Below are positions 9,678 through 18,843 of a stretch of DNA of 64,000 bases, piece by piece. How positions within the stretch are numbered: position 1 is the stretch's first letter; every line of letters starts with the position of its first letter. The notes under the pieces are model-generated. The model worked only from the letters and a program-made list of their open reading frames with translations, did not search any database and was not told the origin of the DNA. Position numbers and translations under genes: made by a program. Source of the stretch: an uncultured virus (IMG/VR IMGVR_UViG_3300028372_000001) (lineage: Duplodnaviria > Heunggongvirae > Uroviricota > Caudoviricetes); the IMG/VR virus record IMGVR_UViG_3300028372_000001; one strand, written 5' to 3'.

Positions 9678-10353
9678 TCATCCCACGTTTGCATCGTGTC
9701 CTAAGAAGTTGGATGCAAGGAAGACGACTATCATTGACGTATACCGTCAGCATTTTGGTAGGAGTCTTCCAGCAGACAAACAGTATTGGACGATGTGTGC
9801 GTCACAGATTGATGCGTGTGGTGAGCTTTCCAGTGAGTCTGAGTTGGGACAGATGTTTGGTGAGGAACTTATCACGAAGGATCAATTTTACGGCATCGAT
9901 ATCAAGGAGGATGTAATTGCGTCTAATCGGATGGCTGCGCCGGAATGTAACTGGTTGGAGGGTGACTTCTTTTCTACAATGGAGGATGCGTATGCTTCTG
10001 GAAATTACAATCCGGGGATCATCAACGCTGATTTTGTGACAATGATTTGGAAATCTGCTCCGATTGTTTCTGGGGTTATGGCGTTCTTGTCAGATATTGG
10101 TATGACTGATGTTATGGTAGTTGCCAATGTGATGGCTACGAACCCGTATGGTTCTGGTCGAATTCCTGTTGATTTTGTTCCAGACTTTGATGAGATTTCT
10201 GGTGAATATTTAAAGAATGCTGTTTATCGTCGTGCGGTATCGCAAGGTGACTGGACATTGCACCCTGAACTGTTTTACTATTGGGGTACAGGTGACAGGT
10301 CAAAGACTGTCATGTCAACCTATTGTTTCGTAAAAAAATTGATGGAGGTTTGA
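9667..10353 (+). CDS. putative SAM-dependent methyltransferase-fold protein
   Basis: FYGIDI...NWLEGDFF...GIINADF resemble Rossmann MTase motifs; motif I not evident. Confidence 0.4.
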   Translation: MKSNHPTFASCPKKLDARKTTIIDVYRQHFGRSLPADKQYWTMCASQIDACGELSSESELGQMFGEELITKDQFYGIDIKEDVIASNRMAAPECNWLEGDFFSTMEDAYASGNYNPGIINADFVTMIWKSAPIVSGVMAFLSDIGMTDVMVVANVMATNPYGSGRIPVDFVPDFDEISGEYLKNAVYRRAVSQGDWTLHPELFYYWGTGDRSKTVMSTYCFVKKLMEV

Positions 10354-10356
10354 GAT

Positions 10357-10659
10357 ATGATTGAGTATACAGTAAAGGTTGATGATAAAAATGGTAATCG
10401 GTTTTGGCGTTTGAATGGGAAGCGTCATAGGGAAGATGGTCCGGCTGTTGAGTTTGCTGATGGTGGCCGTTCGTGGTATTTGAATGGAAAGTTTCATAGG
10501 GAAGATGGTCCGGCTGTTGAGTGGGCTGATGGTGATCGTTCGTGGTATTTGAATGGGACGCAACTTACGGAAGCTGAGTTCAATGCTAGACAACACCCTA
10601 CCTGTAATGGTAAGGTAGTAGAAATTGATGGCAAGAAATACAGGTTGATGGAGGTTTGA
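10357..10659 (+). CDS. HREDGPA-repeat protein 1 (2 modules)
   Basis: MIEYTVKV cap, 23-aa modules, LTEAEFNAR...LMEV cap. Confidence 0.9.
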   Translation: MIEYTVKVDDKNGNRFWRLNGKRHREDGPAVEFADGGRSWYLNGKFHREDGPAVEWADGDRSWYLNGTQLTEAEFNARQHPTCNGKVVEIDGKKYRLMEV

Positions 10660-10660
10660 T

Positions 10661-11029
10661 ATGATTGAATATACAGTGAAGGTTGATGTTAATGGTAATC
10701 GTGGGTGGTATTTGAATGGAAAGCTTCATAGAGAAGATGGTCCTGCTATTGAATATGCTAATGGTAGTCGTTCGTTGTGGGTTAATGGGGAACGCCATAG
10801 AGAGGATGGTCCGGCTATTGAGTGGGGTGATGGTAGTCGTTCGTGGTATTTGAATGGAAAGCTTCATAGGGAAGATGGTCCTGCTATTGAGCGGTCTAAT
10901 GGTGATCGTTCGTGGTGGGTTGATGGAGAGCGGCTTACGGAAGCTGAGTTCAATGCTAGACATCAGCCCTTTGATGGGAAGGTTGTAAAGATTTATGGTA
11001 AGAAATACTACAAATTGATGGAGGTTTGA
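10661..11029 (+). CDS. HREDGPA-repeat protein 2 (3 modules)
   Basis: Same architecture as protein 1. Confidence 0.9.
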   Translation: MIEYTVKVDVNGNRGWYLNGKLHREDGPAIEYANGSRSLWVNGERHREDGPAIEWGDGSRSWYLNGKLHREDGPAIERSNGDRSWWVDGERLTEAEFNARHQPFDGKVVKIYGKKYYKLMEV

Positions 11030-11032
11030 GAT

Positions 11033-11608
11033 ATGATTGAGTATACAGTGCGAGTTGAGGATGATGGTGACCGGTTTTGGTATTTGAATGGGCAGCTTCA
11101 TAGGGAAGATGGTCCGGCTATTGAGTGGGGTGATGGTAGTCGTTCGTGGTATTTGAATGGAAAGCTTCATAGGGAAGATGGTCCTGCTATTGAGCAGGCT
11201 AATGGTTTTCGTTCGTGGTATGTGAATGGAAAACGCCATAGGGAAGATGGTCCTGCTGCTGAATATGCTGATGGTGGTCGTTTTTGGTATTTGAATGGAA
11301 AATACCATAGGGAAGATGGTCCGGCTATTGAGTGGGCTGATGGTGATCGTTCGTGGTATTTGAATGGAAAGCTTCACAGGGAAGATGGTCCTGCTCTTGA
11401 GATGGCTGATGGTGTCCGTTCGTGGTGGATTAATGAAGAGCGTCATAGGTTGGATGGTCCTGCTGTTGAGTGGGATGATGGTAGTCGTGAGTGGTATTTG
11501 AATGGGAAGCAACTTACGGAAGCTGAGTTCAATGCTAGACAACACCCTACCTGTGATGGTAAGGTTGTAGAAATTGATGGCAAGAAATATAAGTTGATGG
11601 AGGTTTGA
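11033..11608 (+). CDS. HREDGPA-repeat protein 3 (6 modules)
   Basis: Same architecture as protein 1. Confidence 0.9.
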   Translation: MIEYTVRVEDDGDRFWYLNGQLHREDGPAIEWGDGSRSWYLNGKLHREDGPAIEQANGFRSWYVNGKRHREDGPAAEYADGGRFWYLNGKYHREDGPAIEWADGDRSWYLNGKLHREDGPALEMADGVRSWWINEERHRLDGPAVEWDDGSREWYLNGKQLTEAEFNARQHPTCDGKVVEIDGKKYKLMEV

Positions 11609-11611
11609 GAT

Positions 11612-12109
11612 ATGATTGAGTATACCGTGAAGGTTGAGGGTGGTGATCGTTTTTGGTATTTGAATGGAAAATACCATAGGGAAGATGGTCCGGCTATTGA
11701 GTGGGCTGATGGTGATCGTTCGTGGTATTTGAATGGAAAGCTTCACAGGGAAGATGGTCCTGCTCTTGAGCGGGCTAATGGTTCTCGTGCGTGGTGGGTT
11801 AATGGAGAGCTTCATAGGGAAGATGGTCCGGCTGTTGAGTTTGCTGATGGTTCTCGTTTTTGGTATTTGAATGGAAAGTTTCATAGGGAAGATGGTCCGG
11901 CTATTGAGTGGACTAATGGTGATCGTTCGTGGTATTTGAATGGAGAGCTTCATAGAGAAGATGGTCCGGCTATTGAGTGGGCTAGTGGCACTCGTAAATG
12001 GTATTTGAATGGGACGCAACTTACGGAAGCTGAGTTCAATGCCAGACATTCTTGTGATGGTAAGGTTGTAGAAATTGATGGCAAGAAATATAAGCTGATG
12101 GAGGTTTGA
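11612..12109 (+). CDS. HREDGPA-repeat protein 4 (5 modules)
   Basis: Same architecture as protein 1. Confidence 0.9.
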   Translation: MIEYTVKVEGGDRFWYLNGKYHREDGPAIEWADGDRSWYLNGKLHREDGPALERANGSRAWWVNGELHREDGPAVEFADGSRFWYLNGKFHREDGPAIEWTNGDRSWYLNGELHREDGPAIEWASGTRKWYLNGTQLTEAEFNARHSCDGKVVEIDGKKYKLMEV

Positions 12110-12110
12110 T

Positions 12111-12683
12111 ATGATTGAATATATCGTGAAGGTTGAGGATGGTGACCGGTTTTGGTATTTTAATGGGCAGCTTCATAGGGAAGATGGTCCGGCTATTGAG
12201 CGGGCTGATGGTAGTCGTGAGTGGTGGGTTAATGGAGTGCCTCATAGGGAAGATGGTCCGGCTCTTGAGCAGGCTAATGGTTTTCGTTCGTGGTATGTGA
12301 ATGGAAAACGCCATAGGGAAGATGGTCCTGCTGTTGAGCGGGCTAATGGTTCTCGTTCGTGGTATTTGAATGGAAAGATTCACAGGGAAGATGGTCCTGC
12401 TGTTGAGTTTGCTGATGGTTCTCGTTTTTGGTATTTGAATGGAAAGCTTCACAGGGAAGATGGTCCTGCTATTGAGATGGCTGATGGTGTCCGTTCGTGG
12501 TGGATTAATGGAGAGCGTCATAGGTTGGATGGTCCTGCTGTTGAGATGGCTGATGGTAGTCGTAAATGGTATTTGAATGGGAAGCAACTTACGGAAGCTG
12601 AGTTCAATGCTAGACAACACCCTACCTGTAATGGTAAGGTAGTAGAAATTGATGGCAAGAAATATAAGCTGATGGAGGTTTGA
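12111..12683 (+). CDS. HREDGPA-repeat protein 5 (6 modules)
   Basis: Same architecture as protein 1. Confidence 0.9.
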   Translation: MIEYIVKVEDGDRFWYFNGQLHREDGPAIERADGSREWWVNGVPHREDGPALEQANGFRSWYVNGKRHREDGPAVERANGSRSWYLNGKIHREDGPAVEFADGSRFWYLNGKLHREDGPAIEMADGVRSWWINGERHRLDGPAVEMADGSRKWYLNGKQLTEAEFNARQHPTCNGKVVEIDGKKYKLMEV

Positions 12684-12684
12684 T

Positions 12685-13113
12685 ATGATTGAATATACAG
12701 TTAAGGTTGAGGATGGTGACCGGTTTTGGTATTTGAATGGAAAGGTTCATAGGGAAGATGGTCCGGCTATTGAGCGGGCTGATGGTAGTCGTGAGTGGTG
12801 GGTTAATGGAGTGCCTCATAGGGAAGATGGTCCGGCTCTTGAGTGGGGTGATGGTAGTCGTGAGTGGTGGGTTAATGGAGTGCCTCATAGGGAAGATGGT
12901 CCGGCTCTTGAGCAGGCTAATGGTGATCGTTGGTGGTATTTGAATGGAAAGATTCACAGGGAAGATGGTCCTGCTGTTGAGTGGGATGATGGTGTTTGTT
13001 TCTGGTATCTCAATGGAAAGGGGCTTACGGAAGCTGAGTTCAATGCCAGACATTCTTGTGATGGTAAGGTTGTAGAAATTGATGGCAAGAAATATAAGTT
13101 GATGGGGGTTTGA
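12685..13113 (+). CDS. HREDGPA-repeat protein 6 (4 modules)
   Basis: Same architecture as protein 1. Confidence 0.9.
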   Translation: MIEYTVKVEDGDRFWYLNGKVHREDGPAIERADGSREWWVNGVPHREDGPALEWGDGSREWWVNGVPHREDGPALEQANGDRWWYLNGKIHREDGPAVEWDDGVCFWYLNGKGLTEAEFNARHSCDGKVVEIDGKKYKLMGV

Positions 13114-13114
13114 T

Positions 13115-13153
13115 ATGATTGAATATACCGTAAAGGGTGATATGTGTAAATGA
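13115..13153 (+). pseudogene. vestigial 7th array unit (MIEYTVKGDMCK*)
   Basis: N-cap sequence atgattgaatataccgtaaag follows the usual junction, then stops. Confidence 0.65.
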
Positions 13154-13428
13154 TTGTAGAATATAAGACTCTGCGTACTGGAGAATATGAGTCCCGTGTG
13201 GTTGTGTTTAGGGATAAACATCATAACATTGTGGATATGCATTACCATGATTTTTCAGGTAAGTTATATTATCCTCGCTTTGTGTTGTATCACATTTCCT
13301 GTGATGAGTATGCGGGTTATGTGCGGCCTCGCATGTCGCCTACATCTATTACCTCTAGTATAATAGATTTTAAATATTTTTTGAATACTGGCAAATATTC
13401 GGTATATGAATGTATACTGTGCGATTGA
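13150..13428 (+). CDS. hypothetical protein
   Basis: ORF in a tightly packed operon. Confidence 0.55.
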   Translation: MIVEYKTLRTGEYESRVVVFRDKHHNIVDMHYHDFSGKLYYPRFVLYHISCDEYAGYVRPRMSPTSITSSIIDFKYFLNTGKYSVYECILCD

Positions 13429-13648
13429 TTTGAATGAATACAAGTCAAAGGGACTATTTTTGTCAAATCCATCTCCCACGCCAAAGGTGGAATACATCAA
13501 AATGAACTACTCTGAAATGGTCGCAGGGGATTTTTATACACTAATATGGGTACGTATCAACACTAAGTATTACAAATTCCTAAATAGCCTGTACATAAAA
13601 ATTACTTTGCATCCCAACTGGTTGGATACCTTCCCCTGTGAAGACTAA
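13406..13648 (+). CDS. hypothetical protein
   Basis: Overlapping ORF in operon. Confidence 0.45.
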   Translation: MNVYCAIDLNEYKSKGLFLSNPSPTPKVEYIKMNYSEMVAGDFYTLIWVRINTKYYKFLNSLYIKITLHPNWLDTFPCED

Positions 13649-14033
13649 TACGCCATATCTCTACATGGGAAATTATTTGTATTTCTACCCACATGGAACC
13701 GGTTTTAATAGCCCGCGATTCAGTCTAAGATATATTGTATATGATACGGAGCTTGAAGAGTTCGAGTACCGAGGGGAGGCACCAAACAATCCAGCTCATG
13801 TAGATACTATCAGGAGTCGCGCTGAACATGGCCAATGCGTTGTCTATAATGCAATTATCTCACACGCACCTGTAATTGAATTTAACAACGATGGTCCCGC
13901 TATCGTCGCATATGATATAGCCCGTCCCGTATGGAGGCATGGATTGAGTATTACGGAATGTATTCGTGTTCTCGAAGAAGATGAAATAATCGATATCTAC
14001 GCAAGGCTGGAAAATGATCAGGTTCGAATTTGA
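13638..14033 (+). CDS. hypothetical protein (YIVYDTELEEF motif family)
   Basis: ORF; shared motif. Confidence 0.6.
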   Translation: MKTNTPYLYMGNYLYFYPHGTGFNSPRFSLRYIVYDTELEEFEYRGEAPNNPAHVDTIRSRAEHGQCVVYNAIISHAPVIEFNNDGPAIVAYDIARPVWRHGLSITECIRVLEEDEIIDIYARLENDQVRI

Positions 14034-14544
14034 CAAAAAAGCTGCCATTACATTGTTTATATGCTTCGATTACACTGGATTTGTGGTATACCATGTCGAT
14101 CATGATATGTACTATGGTTACAACAATGCACAGTATACATATGTTTGGTACAATCCAATGGAAAATGATTTTCGGGTAGTAACTATGTTTCCGCGTAGGA
14201 ACGGGGGAGAGATTCAAGAAACTACTGGGATAGACTACGAAGTTTTTTACATATTCAAGTTAAAGACACTAGATGTAAGACACATTAGCATGCGCTTGGG
14301 TGGTTTACGTGATCCTTATCATGATCAGGATGCTGTGATAGTATGGCAATTTGGTAACCGCTCTCCGTTGAATATATATTTTCCCGCCATTATGGGTAGT
14401 AACTTTTCCATGGTCCCAGTAAATTTACATATGCGGGCTTTTGGAACTTATGAAATGTTAGATGCTAATGCGCCTTCTAGTAAGGGCCATGCAACGTGTC
14501 ATGATTACAACGTAGAATGGATCAATGCAGAGCGAATAACATAA
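14014..14544 (+). CDS. hypothetical protein (FVVYHVDHDMY motif family)
   Basis: ORF; shared motif. Confidence 0.6.
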   Translation: MIRFEFDKKAAITLFICFDYTGFVVYHVDHDMYYGYNNAQYTYVWYNPMENDFRVVTMFPRRNGGEIQETTGIDYEVFYIFKLKTLDVRHISMRLGGLRDPYHDQDAVIVWQFGNRSPLNIYFPAIMGSNFSMVPVNLHMRAFGTYEMLDANAPSSKGHATCHDYNVEWINAERIT

Positions 14545-15017
14545 TGCCTATTAATCCTCCACCAAATACTTTCAGCTGGCTTACCCAATACCATCTTATA
14601 AAGAAGAACATTAGATTAACAACGATAAGTGAATTTAGGGTTGGAAAGCAGCAACTAAATTACAAATGCGGCTTTTGTATATTTTCATTGGATAATGATG
14701 AATATTTTAGTGATAATACAACGGGTGATATTATACTATTCCCTAGTGTGCATCTGTTGGCGGTGGGTCTTCTACCATATGCAAGAGAAGAGCCAGAAGA
14801 CATATTGACACGATCTTTTATTGTATTTAATTGTGTGTTGAAGGAAGTCAAATTTTTAAACTTATTCAAAATCAAGAACCCCCGATACGAACCGTTTCTT
14901 ATTGATACAGCTTATCCTCTATGGGATAGTAAATTGGACCTTCTACGCGATTTGCATTCTCTGGAGCATTATGGTTATGATAGGGTCGTGGGAAAGGTAA
15001 AGGAAGCGGGACTATGA
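14544..15017 (+). CDS. hypothetical protein (FCIFSLDNDEYF motif family)
   Basis: TAATG coupling with the upstream gene. Confidence 0.6.
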   Translation: MPINPPPNTFSWLTQYHLIKKNIRLTTISEFRVGKQQLNYKCGFCIFSLDNDEYFSDNTTGDIILFPSVHLLAVGLLPYAREEPEDILTRSFIVFNCVLKEVKFLNLFKIKNPRYEPFLIDTAYPLWDSKLDLLRDLHSLEHYGYDRVVGKVKEAGL

Positions 15018-15037
15018 ATTTAGTGTGAGGCATAATT

Positions 15038-15574
15038 ATGGTGGTAGCTTGTATAATTATACTAGGTTCAGTTACGCTTGACATTATATTGTCCAAGCGT
15101 ACTGCTACTGCTGCTACTGCTACTACTGCTACTACTGCTACTACTGCTACTACTGCTACTACTGCTACTACTGCTACTACTGCTACTACTGCTACTACTG
15201 CTACTGCAGATGAAGAGAATATTACATTTACACATCAATATAATATGTTATATGACCTCAAAAATATGACTTTTTTTATTAACGGCGGTTGGGTATCATC
15301 ACTGGATAATATGTTTATGAGTGAACTAGTTGATGTTGCTACTCTAGGTGACTCAACAGATATAGTGATTTCCGAGTTCATTTACCTAAGAGCGTATAAT
15401 GCCATTAATATAATCCATACACGAACTTGCAAATTTGAAGACTTGATACTTGATCACCAATACATACATATTGTCCCAATTGAACTCAAATTCATTATAC
15501 TGTCGGTCTGTGGCTTGATGAGAGTAGAAGACTACACCCCTAATTGGGTAGAGGCCAAACGATTTGGCGGCTGA
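15038..15574 (+). CDS. membrane-anchored protein with a Thr/Ala repeat stalk
   Basis: Hydrophobic N-terminus, (TAT)n tract, C-terminal family motif YTPNW. Confidence 0.65.
   Translation: MVVACIIILGSVTLDIILSKRTATAATATTATTATTATTATTATTATTATTATTATADEENITFTHQYNMLYDLKNMTFFINGGWVSSLDNMFMSELVDVATLGDSTDIVISEFIYLRAYNAINIIHTRTCKFEDLILDHQYIHIVPIELKFIILSVCGLMRVEDYTPNWVEAKRFGG
15100..15207. repeat. 9-bp minisatellite (actgctact) about x11-12
   Basis: Seen directly; in frame. Confidence 0.95.
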
Positions 15575-15653
15575 ACAAAAAGCCATAAAGCTTTACACCT
15601 TCAAACGAGAAATGATACATTGGCACATTGAAGATACATGGTGAGGTTTCTAG

Positions 15654-16211
15654 GTGAACAAACATCGCAACGTAATCGATAGTTGGGTCAAGGCGGCTAA
15701 TTATATGAGTTCTGATAGCCAATTCGATGGCGAAGATAAAATTAAGACCGATTTCGAATCATTGAATCACACGTTTGAGTTCAATAAGAACATCATGTCA
15801 CTTGCACCGGGTGAATATATCATTAGGGTTGCGGTTACCGATGTTGAAGAAGGCTTGGTTGTTGGAAATAGCCAAGGCTTAAGATCAGATTCTGCGTTCT
15901 GTATATATGATCTAGAAGATTTCACGAGGGCTCAAGTTCAGAATTTTTTCTCTGGAGTTTTCATAATTCGGGAACTACGCTACCATATGAGCCTAATAAG
16001 AGGGGTGTGCGGAGGTATGGTGCAACGACTCTATGCTGCGCCTAACAAGACAATTCACGTTATAAAGCTGACTATTATTATTGGCGATGACGGTAGAATT
16101 GAAAGTTATGATATTAACTGGACAAAACCCATAATCATGCGTGGCGTAAAACTGGAGCCCCCACACGACACTAAATCGGTGTTTGACATTGAAGATTCAG
16201 ACTTTCAGTAA
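15654..16211 (+). CDS. hypothetical protein (FCIYDLEDF motif family)
   Basis: GAGG SD plus GTG start. Confidence 0.6.
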   Translation: MNKHRNVIDSWVKAANYMSSDSQFDGEDKIKTDFESLNHTFEFNKNIMSLAPGEYIIRVAVTDVEEGLVVGNSQGLRSDSAFCIYDLEDFTRAQVQNFFSGVFIIRELRYHMSLIRGVCGGMVQRLYAAPNKTIHVIKLTIIIGDDGRIESYDINWTKPIIMRGVKLEPPHDTKSVFDIEDSDFQ

Positions 16212-16259
16212 CAGAGATTAATGCGCTTGTCAGGCTCTTGATGAATTTGGAGTAGATTT

Positions 16260-16508
16260 ATGGAATTACAAACATTACGCCGAAGAATTTTCTATTGGTT
16301 GATGTGGAAAAAGAAGCGAAGATTCTTGCTATATCATCTTGAGGATGATGCATACTCGTTGTTTAGTACTTCCAAGTATCAATATCAATCAGAGCTTTCT
16401 TGTGATATGTTTATGTCTCGAACCGAAATCACATATTGTATTAGATATCATAAATTCACAATTGATGAATATCGGAAATTCGCTGAAGGCAAGATATTCT
16501 CGAATTGA
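16260..16508 (+). CDS. hypothetical protein (FLLYHLEDDAY motif family)
   Basis: GGAG SD. Confidence 0.55.
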   Translation: MELQTLRRRIFYWLMWKKKRRFLLYHLEDDAYSLFSTSKYQYQSELSCDMFMSRTEITYCIRYHKFTIDEYRKFAEGKIFSN

Positions 16509-16878
16509 TGAGTTCTTGACAACGAAAAATCATACTGGATATATGTTCTATGATCCACAACATGACTATTTCATGCGGTTGATGTGTGTTCAATATGGTG
16601 ATAACGGTATGTTCGGTCCAATATCATACAAAATTCATTACCAATTGTATTTTTACGAAGAACTTCCAATGTATTTAGGGGCCAATGAGATAGCCCGACG
16701 ATTCATTGTAGATATAGATCACCTCGAACACATGCGCAAGCGCATAATTGAGATTGACCCGGATAACATTCGGAGCCACTATGCTCATTTGACGTGGATT
16801 CCATTTGATATCGTTACCAAATATGGGAGGGTGCAATATGTCACACCAAGATTCACCGATGCCAAATCCCTCTTTTGA
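16465..16878 (+). CDS. hypothetical protein (YMFYDPQHDYF motif family)
   Basis: ORF; start uncertain. Confidence 0.55.
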   Translation: MNIGNSLKARYSRIDEFLTTKNHTGYMFYDPQHDYFMRLMCVQYGDNGMFGPISYKIHYQLYFYEELPMYLGANEIARRFIVDIDHLEHMRKRIIEIDPDNIRSHYAHLTWIPFDIVTKYGRVQYVTPRFTDAKSLF

Positions 16879-17257
16879 TGTGCCAATAATGATATGGCAT
16901 ACTGATACCGCGACATTAGAGTTTGACGGTAATCAATGGAATGTTGTGAAGCTTAAGCATACGCTCGTGTACGAAGAAGGCACGGCAGTCTGCATAGACT
17001 GCGTTGGGTTTTATAATGATACAACTGGTATTGTTGAAACAACACTCATTGGTAAATTTTATGCGGATATGTTTTATATCGATAGTGTAGGTGATACTGT
17101 GCGCCAAAAGATAGACTACCTATACACGAATTATCACTATGCCCTAAACGCCGGTACGCTCAAAATGTTCCTTGTACCCATAACATATCTGTGTAATACG
17201 GGGACGGGCAAGATACGGTCATACACTCCCGATTTTGTGAAAATGATTAAAGTATGA
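16838..17257 (+). CDS. hypothetical protein (C-terminal YTPDF motif family)
   Basis: GGGAGG SD upstream of ATG. Confidence 0.6.
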   Translation: MSHQDSPMPNPSFDVPIMIWHTDTATLEFDGNQWNVVKLKHTLVYEEGTAVCIDCVGFYNDTTGIVETTLIGKFYADMFYIDSVGDTVRQKIDYLYTNYHYALNAGTLKMFLVPITYLCNTGTGKIRSYTPDFVKMIKV

Positions 17258-17273
17258 TGAAACCATGATTCCG

Positions 17274-17302
17274 TTGACAGTCTGTGGATGGTGGCGTATG
17301 AT
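17274..17302 (+). promoter_or_regulatory. sigma70-type promoter for lysS
   Basis: TTGACA-17 bp-TATGAT. Confidence 0.7.
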
Positions 17303-17337
17303 CGCTCTTCAAAACTAGAATAATGGGACGAATTTAA

Positions 17338-18843
17338 ATGAGCCAAATTACTGAAAACCTTGAAAATCTTCGACAAGAATGGATCGATGGTGGGGACGCA
17401 TATCCCAATGATATCGACTGCTCGCATCGCCGGTCGGCAGAGAGCCTGCATTTGAACGACTATCTTTCGGTCAACGATCCCGATTCAATGGCTGAATGGA
17501 ACAGTATTTGTGGTCATACAACGGTCATTGGGCGAGTTATTCTGCGTCGTGTTATGGGTAAGATGAGCTTCATTACGCTCCGGGACGAGACTGGTGATAT
17601 CCAGTGTGCAATCCAGCGTGATCAAGTTGGTGAAGAAGCCTATGCAGCATTCAAGCGGCTCTGGCACATTGGTGACATTGTTTCTGTCACTGGTGAAGTG
17701 TTCTACACTCGGACGGAAGAATTGACTGTTCGCGCAAGTGAAATTCGCCTGATCAGCAAGACTATTCTTCCTATGCCCGAGAAGCATGAAGGTCTCAAGG
17801 ACACCGAGACGCGGTATCGTCAACGCTATCTGGACATGATCAGCAACAACAAGTTTGCTGTGACACTCAAGACTCGTTCAGAAATGCTGCGACGTATCCG
17901 TCGTGGTCTTGAAGAAAACTTCGTGGAAGTTGATACTCCCGTGCTTCAGGCTGTCGCCAGTGGTGCTAATGCTTTGCCGTTTGTGACGCATCACAATGAA
18001 CTGGACGCTGATATGTTCCTTCGTGTGGCTCCCGAGCTTGCGCTCAAGATGCTTATCGTCGGCGGCATGGAAGGTGTGTATGAGATTGGACGATGCTATC
18101 GTAACGAAGGTGTGTCATCCAAGCATAACCCTGAGTTCACGTCTCTGGAAATGTATATGGCGTACATGGATTATAAGGCCATGATGTTTTGGTGTGAGCA
18201 GATCATCAATGATGCGATGTGCTGCGTTAGCAGTTATCACTTCGAAGGTGTTCAGTATCAGGGTCAGAACCTCAACATTGACACTACGACCCGTTTCCGT
18301 CGAATGACTGTTCGAGAAGCTGTTCTTGAGTACACTAATGTGACGGAAGAGCAGATTGATGATCGCGATGCTCTCATTCATGAATTCTTCACTGGAGAAG
18401 ACCATGGTGATACGCTTGCTATGCTCCACTACCGCATCTTCGAAAAGCTGGATGTTGAGTCAAAGCTGATTGAAGCAACCTTCATCACGCACCTTCCGAT
18501 TGAAGTTTCTCCGCTTGCACGGCGCAACGATGATAACCCGGAAGTGGCGGATCGATTCGAGCTTTATATCGCTGGCATGGAAATCGCCAATGGGTTCTCG
18601 GAACTCAATGATTCTGTGGAACAGCGTGAACGGTTCATGGAACCGGCTCGTAAGCACGCTGATGAGCTTCTAGGTGAAGAGCCGATGCAGTTCGATGAGG
18701 ACTATATCACCGCTCTGTCTTATGCCATGCCGCCTGCTGGAGGTCTTGGAATCGGCATTGATCGTCTCATAATGCTGGCAACTGATTCCCCATCCATCCG
18801 TGATGTGATTGCGTTTCCAACGATGAGGCCCCAAAGTAGCTGA
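17338..18843 (+). CDS. lysS: class II lysyl-tRNA synthetase
   Basis: OB anticodon domain (RRVMGKMSF, GDIVSVTG), ETRYRQRYLD, motif 2 YRNEG..KHNPEFT, EIANGFSELND, motif 3 PPAGGLGIGIDRL. Confidence 0.95.
   Translation: MSQITENLENLRQEWIDGGDAYPNDIDCSHRRSAESLHLNDYLSVNDPDSMAEWNSICGHTTVIGRVILRRVMGKMSFITLRDETGDIQCAIQRDQVGEEAYAAFKRLWHIGDIVSVTGEVFYTRTEELTVRASEIRLISKTILPMPEKHEGLKDTETRYRQRYLDMISNNKFAVTLKTRSEMLRRIRRGLEENFVEVDTPVLQAVASGANALPFVTHHNELDADMFLRVAPELALKMLIVGGMEGVYEIGRCYRNEGVSSKHNPEFTSLEMYMAYMDYKAMMFWCEQIINDAMCCVSSYHFEGVQYQGQNLNIDTTTRFRRMTVREAVLEYTNVTEEQIDDRDALIHEFFTGEDHGDTLAMLHYRIFEKLDVESKLIEATFITHLPIEVSPLARRNDDNPEVADRFELYIAGMEIANGFSELNDSVEQRERFMEPARKHADELLGEEPMQFDEDYITALSYAMPPAGGLGIGIDRLIMLATDSPSIRDVIAFPTMRPQSS

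Noticed and set aside
10357..13113. Diversity-generating retroelement as the source of array variation
   Set aside because: No reverse transcriptase in the window; differences are not adenine-specific, and whole modules are shuffled
10315..13248. Long minus-strand ORFs over the array
   Set aside because: Antisense shadows of the repetitive, codon-biased plus-strand genes
15078..15269. Poly-leucine ORF
   Set aside because: Alternative frame of the 9-bp minisatellite
17338..18843. Window is bacterial chromosome because of lysS, ssrA, clpP and folA
   Set aside because: rIIA/B, T4-type primase, late promoters, virion genes, spanins and ORFan density indicate a phage
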